From Rhodothermales bacterium (GTDB taxonomy: Bacteria; Bacteroidota; Rhodothermia; Rhodothermales; JBHHWM01), in the NCBI GenBank assembly GCA_046756545.1, contig JBHHWM010000003.1, positions 1 to 56,869 on the forward strand: a DNA stretch of 56,869 bases. The letters run 5' to 3'. Positions 17,202 through 30,379 of the stretch are shown here, in pieces. Position 1 is the first letter of the stretch; each line of letters begins with the position of its first letter. The notes below the pieces were generated by a model. The model did not search any database and had not been told where the DNA came from. It worked only from the letters and a program-made list of their open reading frames with translations. The position numbers and the translations under genes are program-made.

Positions 17202-19715
17202 ATGTTAGATACCCCTACTGAAAACCGAAACGGCGCGCGCGAAGCAACCTCTCCTCTGCCCGCCGGCCCAGTTCACCGACTCCGGGCTCGTAGCATGATG
17301 GTGTTGGCGCTCATGCATACCCTTGGCGTGCTGGGCATTCTGTGGTACGGGTTCTTTTTCCCCTCGGAGACGGCCGCCGCGCACGAGGTGCCGCATCTGG
17401 CACGAGCACTCGTCCTTCTGGGCATCCTCGCCATCGTCGGGTTCTCCGGGCTGACCCTCCTGATCGTCCAACTCCAGCGCCGCCTGCGGAACACCCGGAC
17501 CCTCTCCGAGGAAACCAGCGAACGCAATAAGGAACTGGAACAAGAAATCACCGAACGCAGGCAGTTAGACGAAGACATTCAGCGCTATGCCAGCGACCTG
17601 GCTGAATCCAAAGATGCCGTGGAGGTACAGGCCGCCCAACTCTCGCAGATGATCCACGAACTGGAACTGGCTAAAAATGAAGCAGAGCAAGCCACGCGGG
17701 CCAAGAGCGCCTTCCTGGCCAGCATGAGCCACGAAATCCGCACGCCCATGAACGGCGTCATCGGCATGACCAGCCTCCTGCTCGACACCTCGCTTTCCGA
17801 TCAACAACGCGAATTCGTCGATATTATCCGCACCAGCGGCGACAGCCTGCTCACTATCATCAACGACATCCTCGACTTTTCCAAGATCGAAGCCGGACGC
17901 CTCACCCTCGAACTCGTCCCCTTCGACTTTGTCCACTGCATCGAAGACGCCCTCGACCTGTTCGCCCCTCAGGCTGCCGACAAACACCTCGAACTGGTCT
18001 GCCACATCCATCCCGGCGTGCCCGATACCCTCATCGGCGATGTCACCCGGGTGCGCCAGGTCCTGGTCAACCTGCTCTCGAACGCCTTCAAGTTCACCAA
18101 CCACGGCGAGATCGTCATTACCGTCGATGCCACCCCGCTCGAAAACGAGCGCTACCAGATGCACGTCGCCGTTCGAGACACCGGCATCGGCATTTCCGAG
18201 GAGAAGATCTACATGCTCTTCGATGCCTTCACGCAGGCCGACTCCTCGACCACGCGCAAGTATGGCGGCACCGGGCTGGGACTGGCCATTTCCAACAAAC
18301 TGTGCGCGTTGATGGGAGGCGACATCTGGGCCGAGAGCGAAGTGGGCAAAGGCTCGGTTTTCCACTTTACGATTCAGGCCGAGCGGACTGCGAAGACCGA
18401 CACCGAGGCCGCCTTGTCTCCCGCACCGCTGGCCGGCAAACGGATGCTCCTGGTCGAGGACAACGACACGAACCGGCGGGTGCTCTCGATCCAGGCCCAG
18501 GACTGGGCGATGACCGCGCAAGCGGTGGCTACTCCTGCCGAAGCGCTCGATGTGCTGAGCGGGGGAACCGCCTTCGACGTGATCGTGCTGGACATGCACC
18601 TGCCCGAGATGGACGGCCTCATGCTGGCCCGAGAGATCGCCGCTCTGGGTCCGCACCCGCCGATGCTCCTGCTCACCTCGGTGGGTGATCCTATCAACAT
18701 CGAAGCCACGCCGCTGGCGGCCTGTTTGAGCAAGCCGGTCAAACAGCAACCGTGGTTGAAGCTCTTGCTGCACCTGGTCGGGGGTATCGAAGCGGAACAG
18801 GTCGAACCGATGGTGCCCGATTCGGTGTTCGACGCCACCCAGGGACACCGGTACCCCTTACGGATCCTGCTGGCCGAGGACAACCAGGTCAACCAGAAAG
18901 TAGCCTTGCGCTTGCTGGAACGCCTGGGGTACCGGGCCGACGTAGCCAACAACGGCCTCGAAGTGCTGGAGATGGTTGAACGGGTGGGCTACGACCTGGT
19001 GTTGATGGATGTGCACATGCCCGAGATGGACGGGATGGAAGCTACACGTCAGTTGTTGGCTCGCTACGGAGATAACGAACGCCCTCATATTACCGCGATG
19101 ACGGCCAACGCGATGGAGGAAGACCGTCAGCGTGCCCTCGAAGCCGGCATGGATTATTACCTGAGCAAGCCGGTGCGTCCCAAAGACCTCGCCGACGCCC
19201 TGAAGCGCGCCGCCGCCTGGAAAGCCCGGCAAGGGGACAAACAGACCGGTAACACCCAGCCCTCCCAGGATCATCACACCCCGGCACCCCCCCCGTCGAA
19301 CACGGGTTTGTGCGGGGATATGCTCGCTACGCTCCGCGACATCGTGGGCGAGGACGACCCGGAGTTTATGACGGGGTTATTAGAAAGCTACCTGAGCACC
19401 GCGCCGGAACAGGTGGCCCACATCGAAGCCTCCTTCCTACGGGGCGACGCACGCGACGTGGGCCTCGTGGCGCACTCCCTGAAATCGAGCAGCACAATGA
19501 TGGGCTGCACGGATTTTTCGTCCCTCTGCGCCGACCTGGAACGGATTTGCAAAGCAGACGCGGTGGACGCGCCCGCCCTCGAAGCCGGAGTCCATGCCGT
19601 CCAGACCTCCTTCCCGGCCGTCGAGCGGGCCATAGGAACCTTACTCCAACGGCTCAGAAAAGCCGCCGACCCGGCGCATCCATCGAGGCGAAACGGCCTG
19701 GGCATGGGCGTATAG
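17202..19715 (+). CDS. Hybrid sensor histidine kinase (2 TM-HisKA-HATPase-REC-REC-Hpt)
   Basis: [37 protein letters not shown], two receiver domains, AHSLKSSS Hpt; start uncertain (ORF from 17133). Confidence 0.94.
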   Translation: MLDTPTENRNGAREATSPLPAGPVHRLRARSMMVLALMHTLGVLGILWYGFFFPSETAAAHEVPHLARALVLLGILAIVGFSGLTLLIVQLQRRLRNTRTLSEETSERNKELEQEITERRQLDEDIQRYASDLAESKDAVEVQAAQLSQMIHELELAKNEAEQATRAKSAFLASMSHEIRTPMNGVIGMTSLLLDTSLSDQQREFVDIIRTSGDSLLTIINDILDFSKIEAGRLTLELVPFDFVHCIEDALDLFAPQAADKHLELVCHIHPGVPDTLIGDVTRVRQVLVNLLSNAFKFTNHGEIVITVDATPLENERYQMHVAVRDTGIGISEEKIYMLFDAFTQADSSTTRKYGGTGLGLAISNKLCALMGGDIWAESEVGKGSVFHFTIQAERTAKTDTEAALSPAPLAGKRMLLVEDNDTNRRVLSIQAQDWAMTAQAVATPAEALDVLSGGTAFDVIVLDMHLPEMDGLMLAREIAALGPHPPMLLLTSVGDPINIEATPLAACLSKPVKQQPWLKLLLHLVGGIEAEQVEPMVPDSVFDATQGHRYPLRILLAEDNQVNQKVALRLLERLGYRADVANNGLEVLEMVERVGYDLVLMDVHMPEMDGMEATRQLLARYGDNERPHITAMTANAMEEDRQRALEAGMDYYLSKPVRPKDLADALKRAAAWKARQGDKQTGNTQPSQDHHTPAPPPSNTGLCGDMLATLRDIVGEDDPEFMTGLLESYLSTAPEQVAHIEASFLRGDARDVGLVAHSLKSSSTMMGCTDFSSLCADLERICKADAVDAPALEAGVHAVQTSFPAVERAIGTLLQRLRKAADPAHPSRRNGLGMGV

Positions 19716-19726
19716 GCCGGGCTCCC

Positions 19727-20722
19727 TTATTCACCCTCCTGTTCATCCAGGAACGGCTGAAGAAAGGTCAGAATCAGGCGGGCCGTCGGTTCGGTGGCGT
19801 CGGGCGAAAGGATGGCACCGGCCAGCACGTGATGGGAAGGGTCTCCGGCTTCTTCTATTGGAACCAGCGTTTTGTGCAGGGAGCCGATCTCGGCATAGCG
19901 CGCCTCAATTCGTTCCACATCGACCACCTCATCGTGCGGCGAGTAGAGGACGAGGACGGGCTGCCGGATCGCGTCGAGATCGGCATAATCGGTAAGGTCG
20001 ACCAGGCTCATCATGGTCACCAGCGCCTCGCTCGGATAGCGGGTGGTCCAGTACCGGGCCTGCTCCTCGTTGTGCGGGGTCCAGCTATAGTTGTCGCCAA
20101 CGACAAGCCGTGCGAGTGCGCCGCCCCACGGCCACAATAAAAACCGCGCATTGCGATCCTTCGGCCCGTAGTTGGGCGAGATCAACACAACCGCCAGCAC
20201 GTCGTCGGCCACATTCAGTGTCGCCAGCCAGGTTGCCAGCGTAGCTCCGGTGGACGTCCCCACGACGACGACGCGCTCGCCCAACCGCCGCCCGATTTTC
20301 AACGCTTCGATGCCGTCGTTCAGCCAGTCGTTGACGGACGCTTCGGCCATCGCCTCGCCCGACCGCCCATGCCCCGTCAGGCGGGTATAAAACAAGTTAG
20401 CGCCCAGCCGCGCCGCCAGGGTATCGCAGAGGGGGCGCACCTCCTGCCGCGTGGCGGAATAGCCATGGAGATACACGACGGATAGGGGCGTCTTGCGTTT
20501 CTGCGCCGGGTCGGCCCAGACGATGGTTTTCTCCGTGCCCGGACGGATATCGGAGAATCGCGCCTCGGACCGGGCCAGGTAGGCGTCCAGGTCGTCCGGC
20601 ACATCGAACGCCCGAAGCGCCAACTCCACCGAGGGACGAGGCCCGAGCACCCAGGCCACGCTGAGGCCTCCGACCAACACGATCAAGGCAAACAAAAGCT
20701 TCTTCATCGGATAAAGGAGCAT
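19727..20722 (-). CDS. Alpha/beta hydrolase (lysophospholipase/carboxylesterase-like), membrane-anchored
   Basis: N-terminal hydrophobic helix, YLHGYS, GTSTG nucleophile elbow, DEVV, HHVL. Confidence 0.88.
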   Translation of the reverse strand: MLLYPMKKLLFALIVLVGGLSVAWVLGPRPSVELALRAFDVPDDLDAYLARSEARFSDIRPGTEKTIVWADPAQKRKTPLSVVYLHGYSATRQEVRPLCDTLAARLGANLFYTRLTGHGRSGEAMAEASVNDWLNDGIEALKIGRRLGERVVVVGTSTGATLATWLATLNVADDVLAVVLISPNYGPKDRNARFLLWPWGGALARLVVGDNYSWTPHNEEQARYWTTRYPSEALVTMMSLVDLTDYADLDAIRQPVLVLYSPHDEVVDVERIEARYAEIGSLHKTLVPIEEAGDPSHHVLAGAILSPDATEPTARLILTFLQPFLDEQEGE

Positions 20723-21099
20723 CAGGATTGACGCAGGTAGTCATCCGTTTTGTCGAGCCAGTCCTGGCGCGGCGGGCTGAAGACGTCTACGTCGAGCGTA
20801 TCTTCCAGCGCCTCGGCCTTGTGCGGCACGTTCGACGGAATATGGAGCACCTCGCCTGCGTGGACGATGATTTCTTCCCCTTCATCCTCCCCGATCCAAA
20901 ACTTCAGTGCGCCTTCGAGGACGTAGGTGATCTGCTCATTCTCATGCTGATGCAACGGGACGATGCACCCCTTCTTGAGGTAGACGTGCGCCAGCATCAT
21001 GCGCTCACCCGTGATGAGGCGACGGTCCAACAAAGGCGTGAGGGTTTCTTTGGGCATGTCGTCCCAGCGATGCAACGTGACGGTTCCTATCTCGGCCAT
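20722..21099 (-). CDS. Cupin domain protein
   Basis: PLHQHENEQ...IPSNVPH cupin metal motifs; 1-bp overlap with hydrolase. Confidence 0.92.
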   Translation of the reverse strand: MAEIGTVTLHRWDDMPKETLTPLLDRRLITGERMMLAHVYLKKGCIVPLHQHENEQITYVLEGALKFWIGEDEGEEIIVHAGEVLHIPSNVPHKAEALEDTLDVDVFSPPRQDWLDKTDDYLRQS

Positions 21100-21272
21100 G
21101 TGATGTTCTCTTTTTCGATAAGGGTTTCAGCAGGAGGACGGTGTCCCCTCCAGGGCACCCCCCGACAACTCTTCTATGATAGAATCTCTCCAGGTGCATA
21201 GCAATGATACACCGGCATTTGGTACAAGCCACCCTCCCCTATCTGGTATGCCTTTAAAAAAGAATCCGGCAT

Positions 21273-21289
21273 GTAGGGGTTTCCCCTAC
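21273..21289. promoter_or_regulatory. Perfect 7-3-7 palindrome GTAGGGG-TTT-CCCCTAC upstream of nifJ
   Basis: Direct reading; flanked by ggcat (21268-21272) and atgcc (21294-21298). Confidence 0.45.
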
Positions 21290-21460
21290 GCTAATGCCAG
21301 GTATTCGCCCACACGAGGCATGGAAACACGCCCGTCGCACCGCTAGGCACCCCGGTTCTTACTTGCAGGATACGTCCCCGCTGATCCCTTCTGGCATCTT
21401 TGCCGATAAGCAGTCACCTCAGCAGTTGGACCCATTTCGCATAACGAGAGGAAGAGCACC

Positions 21461-25126
<3,666 letters not shown>

Positions 25127-25180
25127 GCTCCATCCTCCTCGCCCGTCGTCCCTCGAACCACACTCCGAAGAGAACGCACC

Positions 25181-26197
25181 ATGGATCTGACCACGACCTA
25201 CCTGGGGATGCGCCTCGACAACCCGATCGTCCCTTCCGCTTCGCCGCTCTCCGAGAAGCTAGATACCATCCGCCAGTTGGAAGATGCGGGCGCGGCAGCC
25301 ATCGTGATGCACTCGCTCTTCGAAGAGCAACTCAGCCACGAAGGACTGCGGCTGGATCATTACCTGGATTACGGTACCGAAAGTTTTGCCGAGGCCCAGA
25401 CCTACTTCCCCGACGTCGCGACCTACCACGTGGGACCGGAGCAATACCTGGACAAGATCAGCCGGGCCAAAGAGGCCGTGGACATCCCCATCATCGGCAG
25501 CCTCAACGGCATCTCGACCGGTGGGTGGACGAAGTACGCAAGGAAAATAGAAGAGGCCGGGGCCGACGCGCTCGAACTCAACATCTACTACGTCCCGACC
25601 GATCCGCATCTCACCGGAGCCGAGGTCGAAGAACGCTACCTGGAGATCGTGGGCGAGGTAAAGCGGAACATCACCATCCCGCTGGCGGTCAAGCTCGGGC
25701 CGCACTTTAGTGCCCCGGCAAACATGGCGCACCGCCTCTCCGAAGCCGGAGCCGACGCCCTGGTCCTCTTCAACCGATTCTATCAACCCGACTTCGACCT
25801 CGACGCGCTGGACGTGGTGCCGCACCTGGTCTTGAGCGACTCCGACGAACTACGCCTGCCCCTGCGCTGGGTAGCCATCCTCTATGGGCGCATCCCCGTG
25901 GACTTCGCCATCACCAGCGGCGTGCATACCCACGAAGATATCCTCAAGGGGTTGATGGCCGGTGCAAACGTGACGATGATGGCTTCGGCCTTGCTGCACC
26001 ACGGCATCGACTGCATCCGGACGTTGCTCGAAGACCTGCGCCTGTGGATGGAAGAGCATGAGTATGAATCGGTGAAACAGATGCAGGGCAGCATGAGCCA
26101 GCAGCACATCGCCGAGCCCACCGCTTTCGAGCGGGCCAACTACATGAAGGTGCTGCAATCCTGGAGCCCTGATCCGGCAGGCCACCTGCTGTATTAG
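25181..26197 (+). CDS. Dihydroorotate dehydrogenase-like FMN protein (nifJ-associated)
   Basis: [39 protein letters not shown]; active-site loop reads ELNIYYVP. Confidence 0.9.
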   Translation: MDLTTTYLGMRLDNPIVPSASPLSEKLDTIRQLEDAGAAAIVMHSLFEEQLSHEGLRLDHYLDYGTESFAEAQTYFPDVATYHVGPEQYLDKISRAKEAVDIPIIGSLNGISTGGWTKYARKIEEAGADALELNIYYVPTDPHLTGAEVEERYLEIVGEVKRNITIPLAVKLGPHFSAPANMAHRLSEAGADALVLFNRFYQPDFDLDALDVVPHLVLSDSDELRLPLRWVAILYGRIPVDFAITSGVHTHEDILKGLMAGANVTMMASALLHHGIDCIRTLLEDLRLWMEEHEYESVKQMQGSMSQQHIAEPTAFERANYMKVLQSWSPDPAGHLLY

Positions 26198-26297
26198 CCC
26201 GGTATGTGCTTCCTCCGAGGATCCGGTCTACGCATCCTCATCAACAGGACCTACCGATTCACTCTTCTCTGTCCAATCATGAGGGGGCCTACCACCT

Positions 26298-27008
26298 ATG
26301 ACGGAGAACCAGATGGATGCGCGTATCGACTATCGCCGCGAGGCGATCTTCGGACTGGTGTATTTTGGGCTGTATTTCGGCTACTTGTTTATCTATCAGG
26401 AAGGAGAGTTTCTCCACTGGCTCACGCTCGTCCTGCTTCCCTTCCTGTTGCTCTACCTCTACCAGAAAAAGCGCGCACCGGGTACGTCCGTTAAAGAAAG
26501 CCTCGCGTCCGTCGGCATACGGCGGGGTAACCTGAAACGGGGTCTGTGGTGGGCCGTCCTGCTGGGGTTCGCTCTGAGTTCCGTTCAACTGTTGCTGTCG
26601 CGTCACCAGCAAGAGATCTGGCAGTTGCTCCGCTCGGGCAAGGCATTGTGGCTGTTCCCCCTCGTCTTCGTGATGATGCTTTTCCTGGCCGGCTTCACGG
26701 AGGAATGGTTCTTTCGCGGCATCCTCCAGACGCGGCTGGTCAAGTTGTTGAAGTCGAAGGTCTGGGGCGTGGTGCTCACGGCGTTTCTTTTCGGCATCTA
26801 TCACCTGCCCTATGCCTACCTGAACCCCAACTGGCCGTCCCACGGCGACTGGGGCGCGGCGTTCGCCTCCGCCCTGGGGCAGGGGGTGCCTATGGGATTG
26901 ATTCTGGGAGCCGTGTATGAGCGCACCGAGAACAACCTGCTTGCCTGCATTCTCATACACGCCCTCTTCAACTCGCTGCCCGCCATGACCATGATCAAAT
27001 TTGGATGA
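26298..27008 (+). CDS. CPBP (CAAX/Abi) intramembrane metalloprotease
   Basis: FTEEWFFRG, FGIYH, HALFN motifs in a multi-TM protein. Confidence 0.93.
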   Translation: MTENQMDARIDYRREAIFGLVYFGLYFGYLFIYQEGEFLHWLTLVLLPFLLLYLYQKKRAPGTSVKESLASVGIRRGNLKRGLWWAVLLGFALSSVQLLLSRHQQEIWQLLRSGKALWLFPLVFVMMLFLAGFTEEWFFRGILQTRLVKLLKSKVWGVVLTAFLFGIYHLPYAYLNPNWPSHGDWGAAFASALGQGVPMGLILGAVYERTENNLLACILIHALFNSLPAMTMIKFG

Positions 27009-27043
27009 CGCGCTAAACCAACAGCGACCCATACAGATGCGCT

Positions 27044-27667
27044 ATGAACCGGCTACTGCTACAAACGCTCGCCCTGACGCTGATCCTGTTGCCGCCTCCT
27101 AACAAGCGCTGCCAGGCCCAGGCAGATTCATCAGACACCGGCACCGATGTTCTCATTGCGTACTACTCACAGACAGGAAGCACCGAACGACTGGCTCATG
27201 CTGTTCGAGAAGGAGCATTACGGGTCCCCCACACCGAGGTGATGTTGAAACGCGTCCATGAAGTAACGCGCGAGGACCTGGTTACCGCCGATGCTATCAT
27301 TCTGGGCTCGCCGACCTATTACGGCACCATGGCCGGACCCATGAAGGTCTTCATCGACAACTGGGGCTTCAAGTATGGAATCTATCTGGGAGACAAAGTG
27401 GGCGGGGCTTTCGCAACCGGTTCAGGCGAGGCAGGTGGAAAAGAGCAGGTGATCGTATCGCTCCTGCTGGCCATGATGAACAACGGCATGATCGTAGTAG
27501 GCCCGGTCTATGAAGACGGACCTATCAGCTACGGAAACTTTGGAGCAGGATCTACCACCGGATTTGGAACGGAGCCGGTAGCCAGTGAGCAAGGGCTGGA
27601 TCAGGCTCGCCGGCTGGGCGAGCGCGTGGCGCGGGTGACGCAGCACATGCACCCAGGCGCAAACTGA
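27044..27667 (+). CDS. WrbA-like flavodoxin-fold NAD(P)H oxidoreductase with predicted signal peptide
   Basis: YYSQTGSTE FMN loop, GSPTYYGTM, GGAFATG; hydrophobic N-terminus ending AQA. Confidence 0.85.
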   Translation: MNRLLLQTLALTLILLPPPNKRCQAQADSSDTGTDVLIAYYSQTGSTERLAHAVREGALRVPHTEVMLKRVHEVTREDLVTADAIILGSPTYYGTMAGPMKVFIDNWGFKYGIYLGDKVGGAFATGSGEAGGKEQVIVSLLLAMMNNGMIVVGPVYEDGPISYGNFGAGSTTGFGTEPVASEQGLDQARRLGERVARVTQHMHPGAN

Positions 27668-27726
27668 ACGAGACAGCCGTGGCGCCCCCCCGAGCGTAGG
27701 CAACATCCTTCCGATCCAAAAGGCTC

Positions 27727-29124
27727 ATGAGGATGCACCACTCCATAGAACGTGCTCTCGCCAGCGTGGCCGTGGCCGCGCTTGTAGCTGCCGGACCGGT
27801 GCAGGGCCAGCCCACCATGGAATCCACAGCAAGCTCTCTAGCACCTCTCCACTGGTTCGTCCGGATCGCCGAGCCCCGCAGCGGTCTCGTTCATGTTCGA
27901 GGGGAGATCCCTGCTGAGGCACTCGACAGCCTGGCTTCGCTTACCCTTCGTTTTGCCGACCACAAACGGCGTCCGGAAGGGATCAACACGCTACGCGCCT
28001 GGTCGGAGCATCGCCCCCTCAAGATAGAGCAGCCTTCGGAGCTGGCGGCGAACGTCTGGCACCTCGAACTCGACCACCCCACCGCCCCCGTCGTTGTCGA
28101 GTACACCGTCGATCCTACCTACTATCCTCCGGGCAGCCGGGCCGAACATCCTGAAGACGCCCGGAGCAGGGTGTCGGAAGCGTTCGCGGTACTTCGAACG
28201 ACGAGCCTGTTTCCGGCACTCAACGTGCCAAACGGACCGGTGCGTATTTCCTTCACCGTACCGGAGGGCTGGATCGTCGCAACGCCCTGGCAGACCGACG
28301 CCGACGGCTTTGCGACAGCCTCCACGGATCTACACCGTGTTGACTACCTGGGGGTCGGCCCCTTCGAGATCCGGGAGTTGAGGGTGGGTGAAACCCTCTT
28401 TCGGATCGCCGTGCCCCGGCAAGAAACCCGCCTCACAGCCGATGATGCGGTCATCGTTATCCAGTTCGAACTGGACCTGATCGGCACGCCCCCGCCGGGG
28501 AACCACGCCGTCCGCACCGTCATCATCGTCCCTCCGCGCTTTATGCGTGGAGGAGCGGCAGGAATGCATTCGGTGGTGCAACGCCCCTCGCCCGAAGTGC
28601 TGGCGCATGAGGTATTCCACTGGTGGACACACAGCGACCTGGCACGTCCTGAAGCAAGATGGCTCACCGAAGGCTTTACGAATTACTACGGCATCCGGGT
28701 GGCTCGCGATACCGGCTTGATGCCCGAAGAAGACGCCGAACGCTGCCTGTCCGACCTCTTCGGCGAGATGCGCTACCTGGAGCAAGATAGCACCCAGAGC
28801 CTGGCGACGGCCTCGCTACGATACGACCGCGACAGCCGGGCACGCCGTCTCGTCTACAGCAAGGGAGCGTTGTTTGCCCTTTTCCTCGATCAACAACTCG
28901 CGCTCCACGACCTCAGCCTCGACGAAGGGATGCGGACCCTGCTCTCGGAGCCACGGCAATCCCTCACCAATGCCGACCTGCGACAGCTTCTCCAGCGTGT
29001 GTATGCTCATCGTATGGACGCGAGCTTCGAGAACTACGTCGAGGGCAAGCACGCGCTCCCGGACCTCGGACTCGGGGACAGCACCGGCCGCAGCGGATGC
29101 GCTCGCTACCTGCCGAACCAGTAG
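27727..29124 (+). CDS. Secreted M61/M1-like zinc metallopeptidase
   Basis: Signal peptide, GGAAG, LAHEVFHWW (HEXXH), WLTEGFTNYY, VYSKG. Confidence 0.82.
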   Translation: MRMHHSIERALASVAVAALVAAGPVQGQPTMESTASSLAPLHWFVRIAEPRSGLVHVRGEIPAEALDSLASLTLRFADHKRRPEGINTLRAWSEHRPLKIEQPSELAANVWHLELDHPTAPVVVEYTVDPTYYPPGSRAEHPEDARSRVSEAFAVLRTTSLFPALNVPNGPVRISFTVPEGWIVATPWQTDADGFATASTDLHRVDYLGVGPFEIRELRVGETLFRIAVPRQETRLTADDAVIVIQFELDLIGTPPPGNHAVRTVIIVPPRFMRGGAAGMHSVVQRPSPEVLAHEVFHWWTHSDLARPEARWLTEGFTNYYGIRVARDTGLMPEEDAERCLSDLFGEMRYLEQDSTQSLATASLRYDRDSRARRLVYSKGALFALFLDQQLALHDLSLDEGMRTLLSEPRQSLTNADLRQLLQRVYAHRMDASFENYVEGKHALPDLGLGDSTGRSGCARYLPNQ

Positions 29125-29147
29125 ACGAACCGCTTTTCGGGGCCGGC

Positions 29148-29987
29148 CTACCCGGTCTCGTCCAGCGTGACGGTGGCGTGGACGGGAAGGTGGTCGGAAC
29201 CACGAAGGGCGGCAGCACTCGTGTACGTGTGCAAGCCGGAGACCTGCGCGCCACGGGCATAAATCCGGTCGAGGGCCAGGACGGGGCGTGCGACCGGAAA
29301 GCTCGGCGGCCAGGCCCGGTTGTGGTGTAGCTCGGCGAACTCGCGTTCGAGCTTGCGGGTAGCCCGGCAGCGACGCCAGGCATTCATGTCGCCCAGCAGC
29401 ACGATGGACCCTTCAAGCACCGGGTGGTCGAGCAGCGTCCGCACCTGCCACCCGCGTATCCGATCGACGATGGCAAGATGCGTAGCGACCACGGCTACCG
29501 TATGCCCGTTGTTATGAAACTGGGCCGCTATCGCCGAACGGGGCTCCAGCCGTCCCACGCTTAGATCGATGGTGAAAACGGCCTGCATCGGCCAGCGAGA
29601 GAGGATGGCATTGCCCAGCACGCCCAGGCGATGACGGCGCGTCGGGGAGAAGGCATAATGGAGGTGCAGGCGGTCAGCGATGCACCGGAGGGGGTCGGCC
29701 TCGTGGAACGGACGCAGCACCTCTTGCAGGGCCATCACGTCGGCATCGAGTTCGGCAATCACGGAGGTAGCCAGATCGGGGTGCCACCGGAGTCCACCCT
29801 TCACGCCGGACCATCGATGCACGTTGTAGGTGGCCACCTTGAACACGGTCTCCGATCCCGAAACCGCCCCTGCACCATCTGGAACGTGATCGTCCGATAC
29901 ATACGGCACATATTCCGGATGAAGCCCCTTCCGCTCGGCATACCCAATCCGGGGACGCCGTCTCCGTTTCCTTACCCGTACTATCAT
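29148..29987 (-). CDS. Endonuclease/exonuclease/phosphatase family protein
   Basis: ATYNVH, ALQEV, GNAILS, ATHL, GDMN, LDRIY, SDHLP. Confidence 0.93.
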   Translation of the reverse strand: MIVRVRKRRRRPRIGYAERKGLHPEYVPYVSDDHVPDGAGAVSGSETVFKVATYNVHRWSGVKGGLRWHPDLATSVIAELDADVMALQEVLRPFHEADPLRCIADRLHLHYAFSPTRRHRLGVLGNAILSRWPMQAVFTIDLSVGRLEPRSAIAAQFHNNGHTVAVVATHLAIVDRIRGWQVRTLLDHPVLEGSIVLLGDMNAWRRCRATRKLEREFAELHHNRAWPPSFPVARPVLALDRIYARGAQVSGLHTYTSAAALRGSDHLPVHATVTLDETG

Positions 29988-30379
29988 AAGGTTTCTACTC
30001 GTCCACTACGGCCGCCTCTCCATGAATGACGAGCGGAGGATTCCCCTGACACGTCAGGCTGTGCTATGTATTGGTCTCCTTCCACAAAAAGCCCTTTATA
30101 CGGAGCAGACGGCACAAGATCCCGGAGTCCCATTTCCTTCACGTCCTCTGCACGTTCTACCAAGTTGTCGATGCCTCTTGCGTTCGTCTATCAGATACCA
30201 CGAAATTGAACCCCCACTGCGCCGAACACTACAGAGACCGGCACTTTCGCACTCGAACAAGGAAACCCGACAACACAGAAAAACGCCTGGGAAGATCGAG
30301 AGGTGGATGATGTACGCGGAAGGAAGAGTAAGACCCCCCAGATACCCCATACGTCCACACAAAAGACTAGAGGTTCTTC

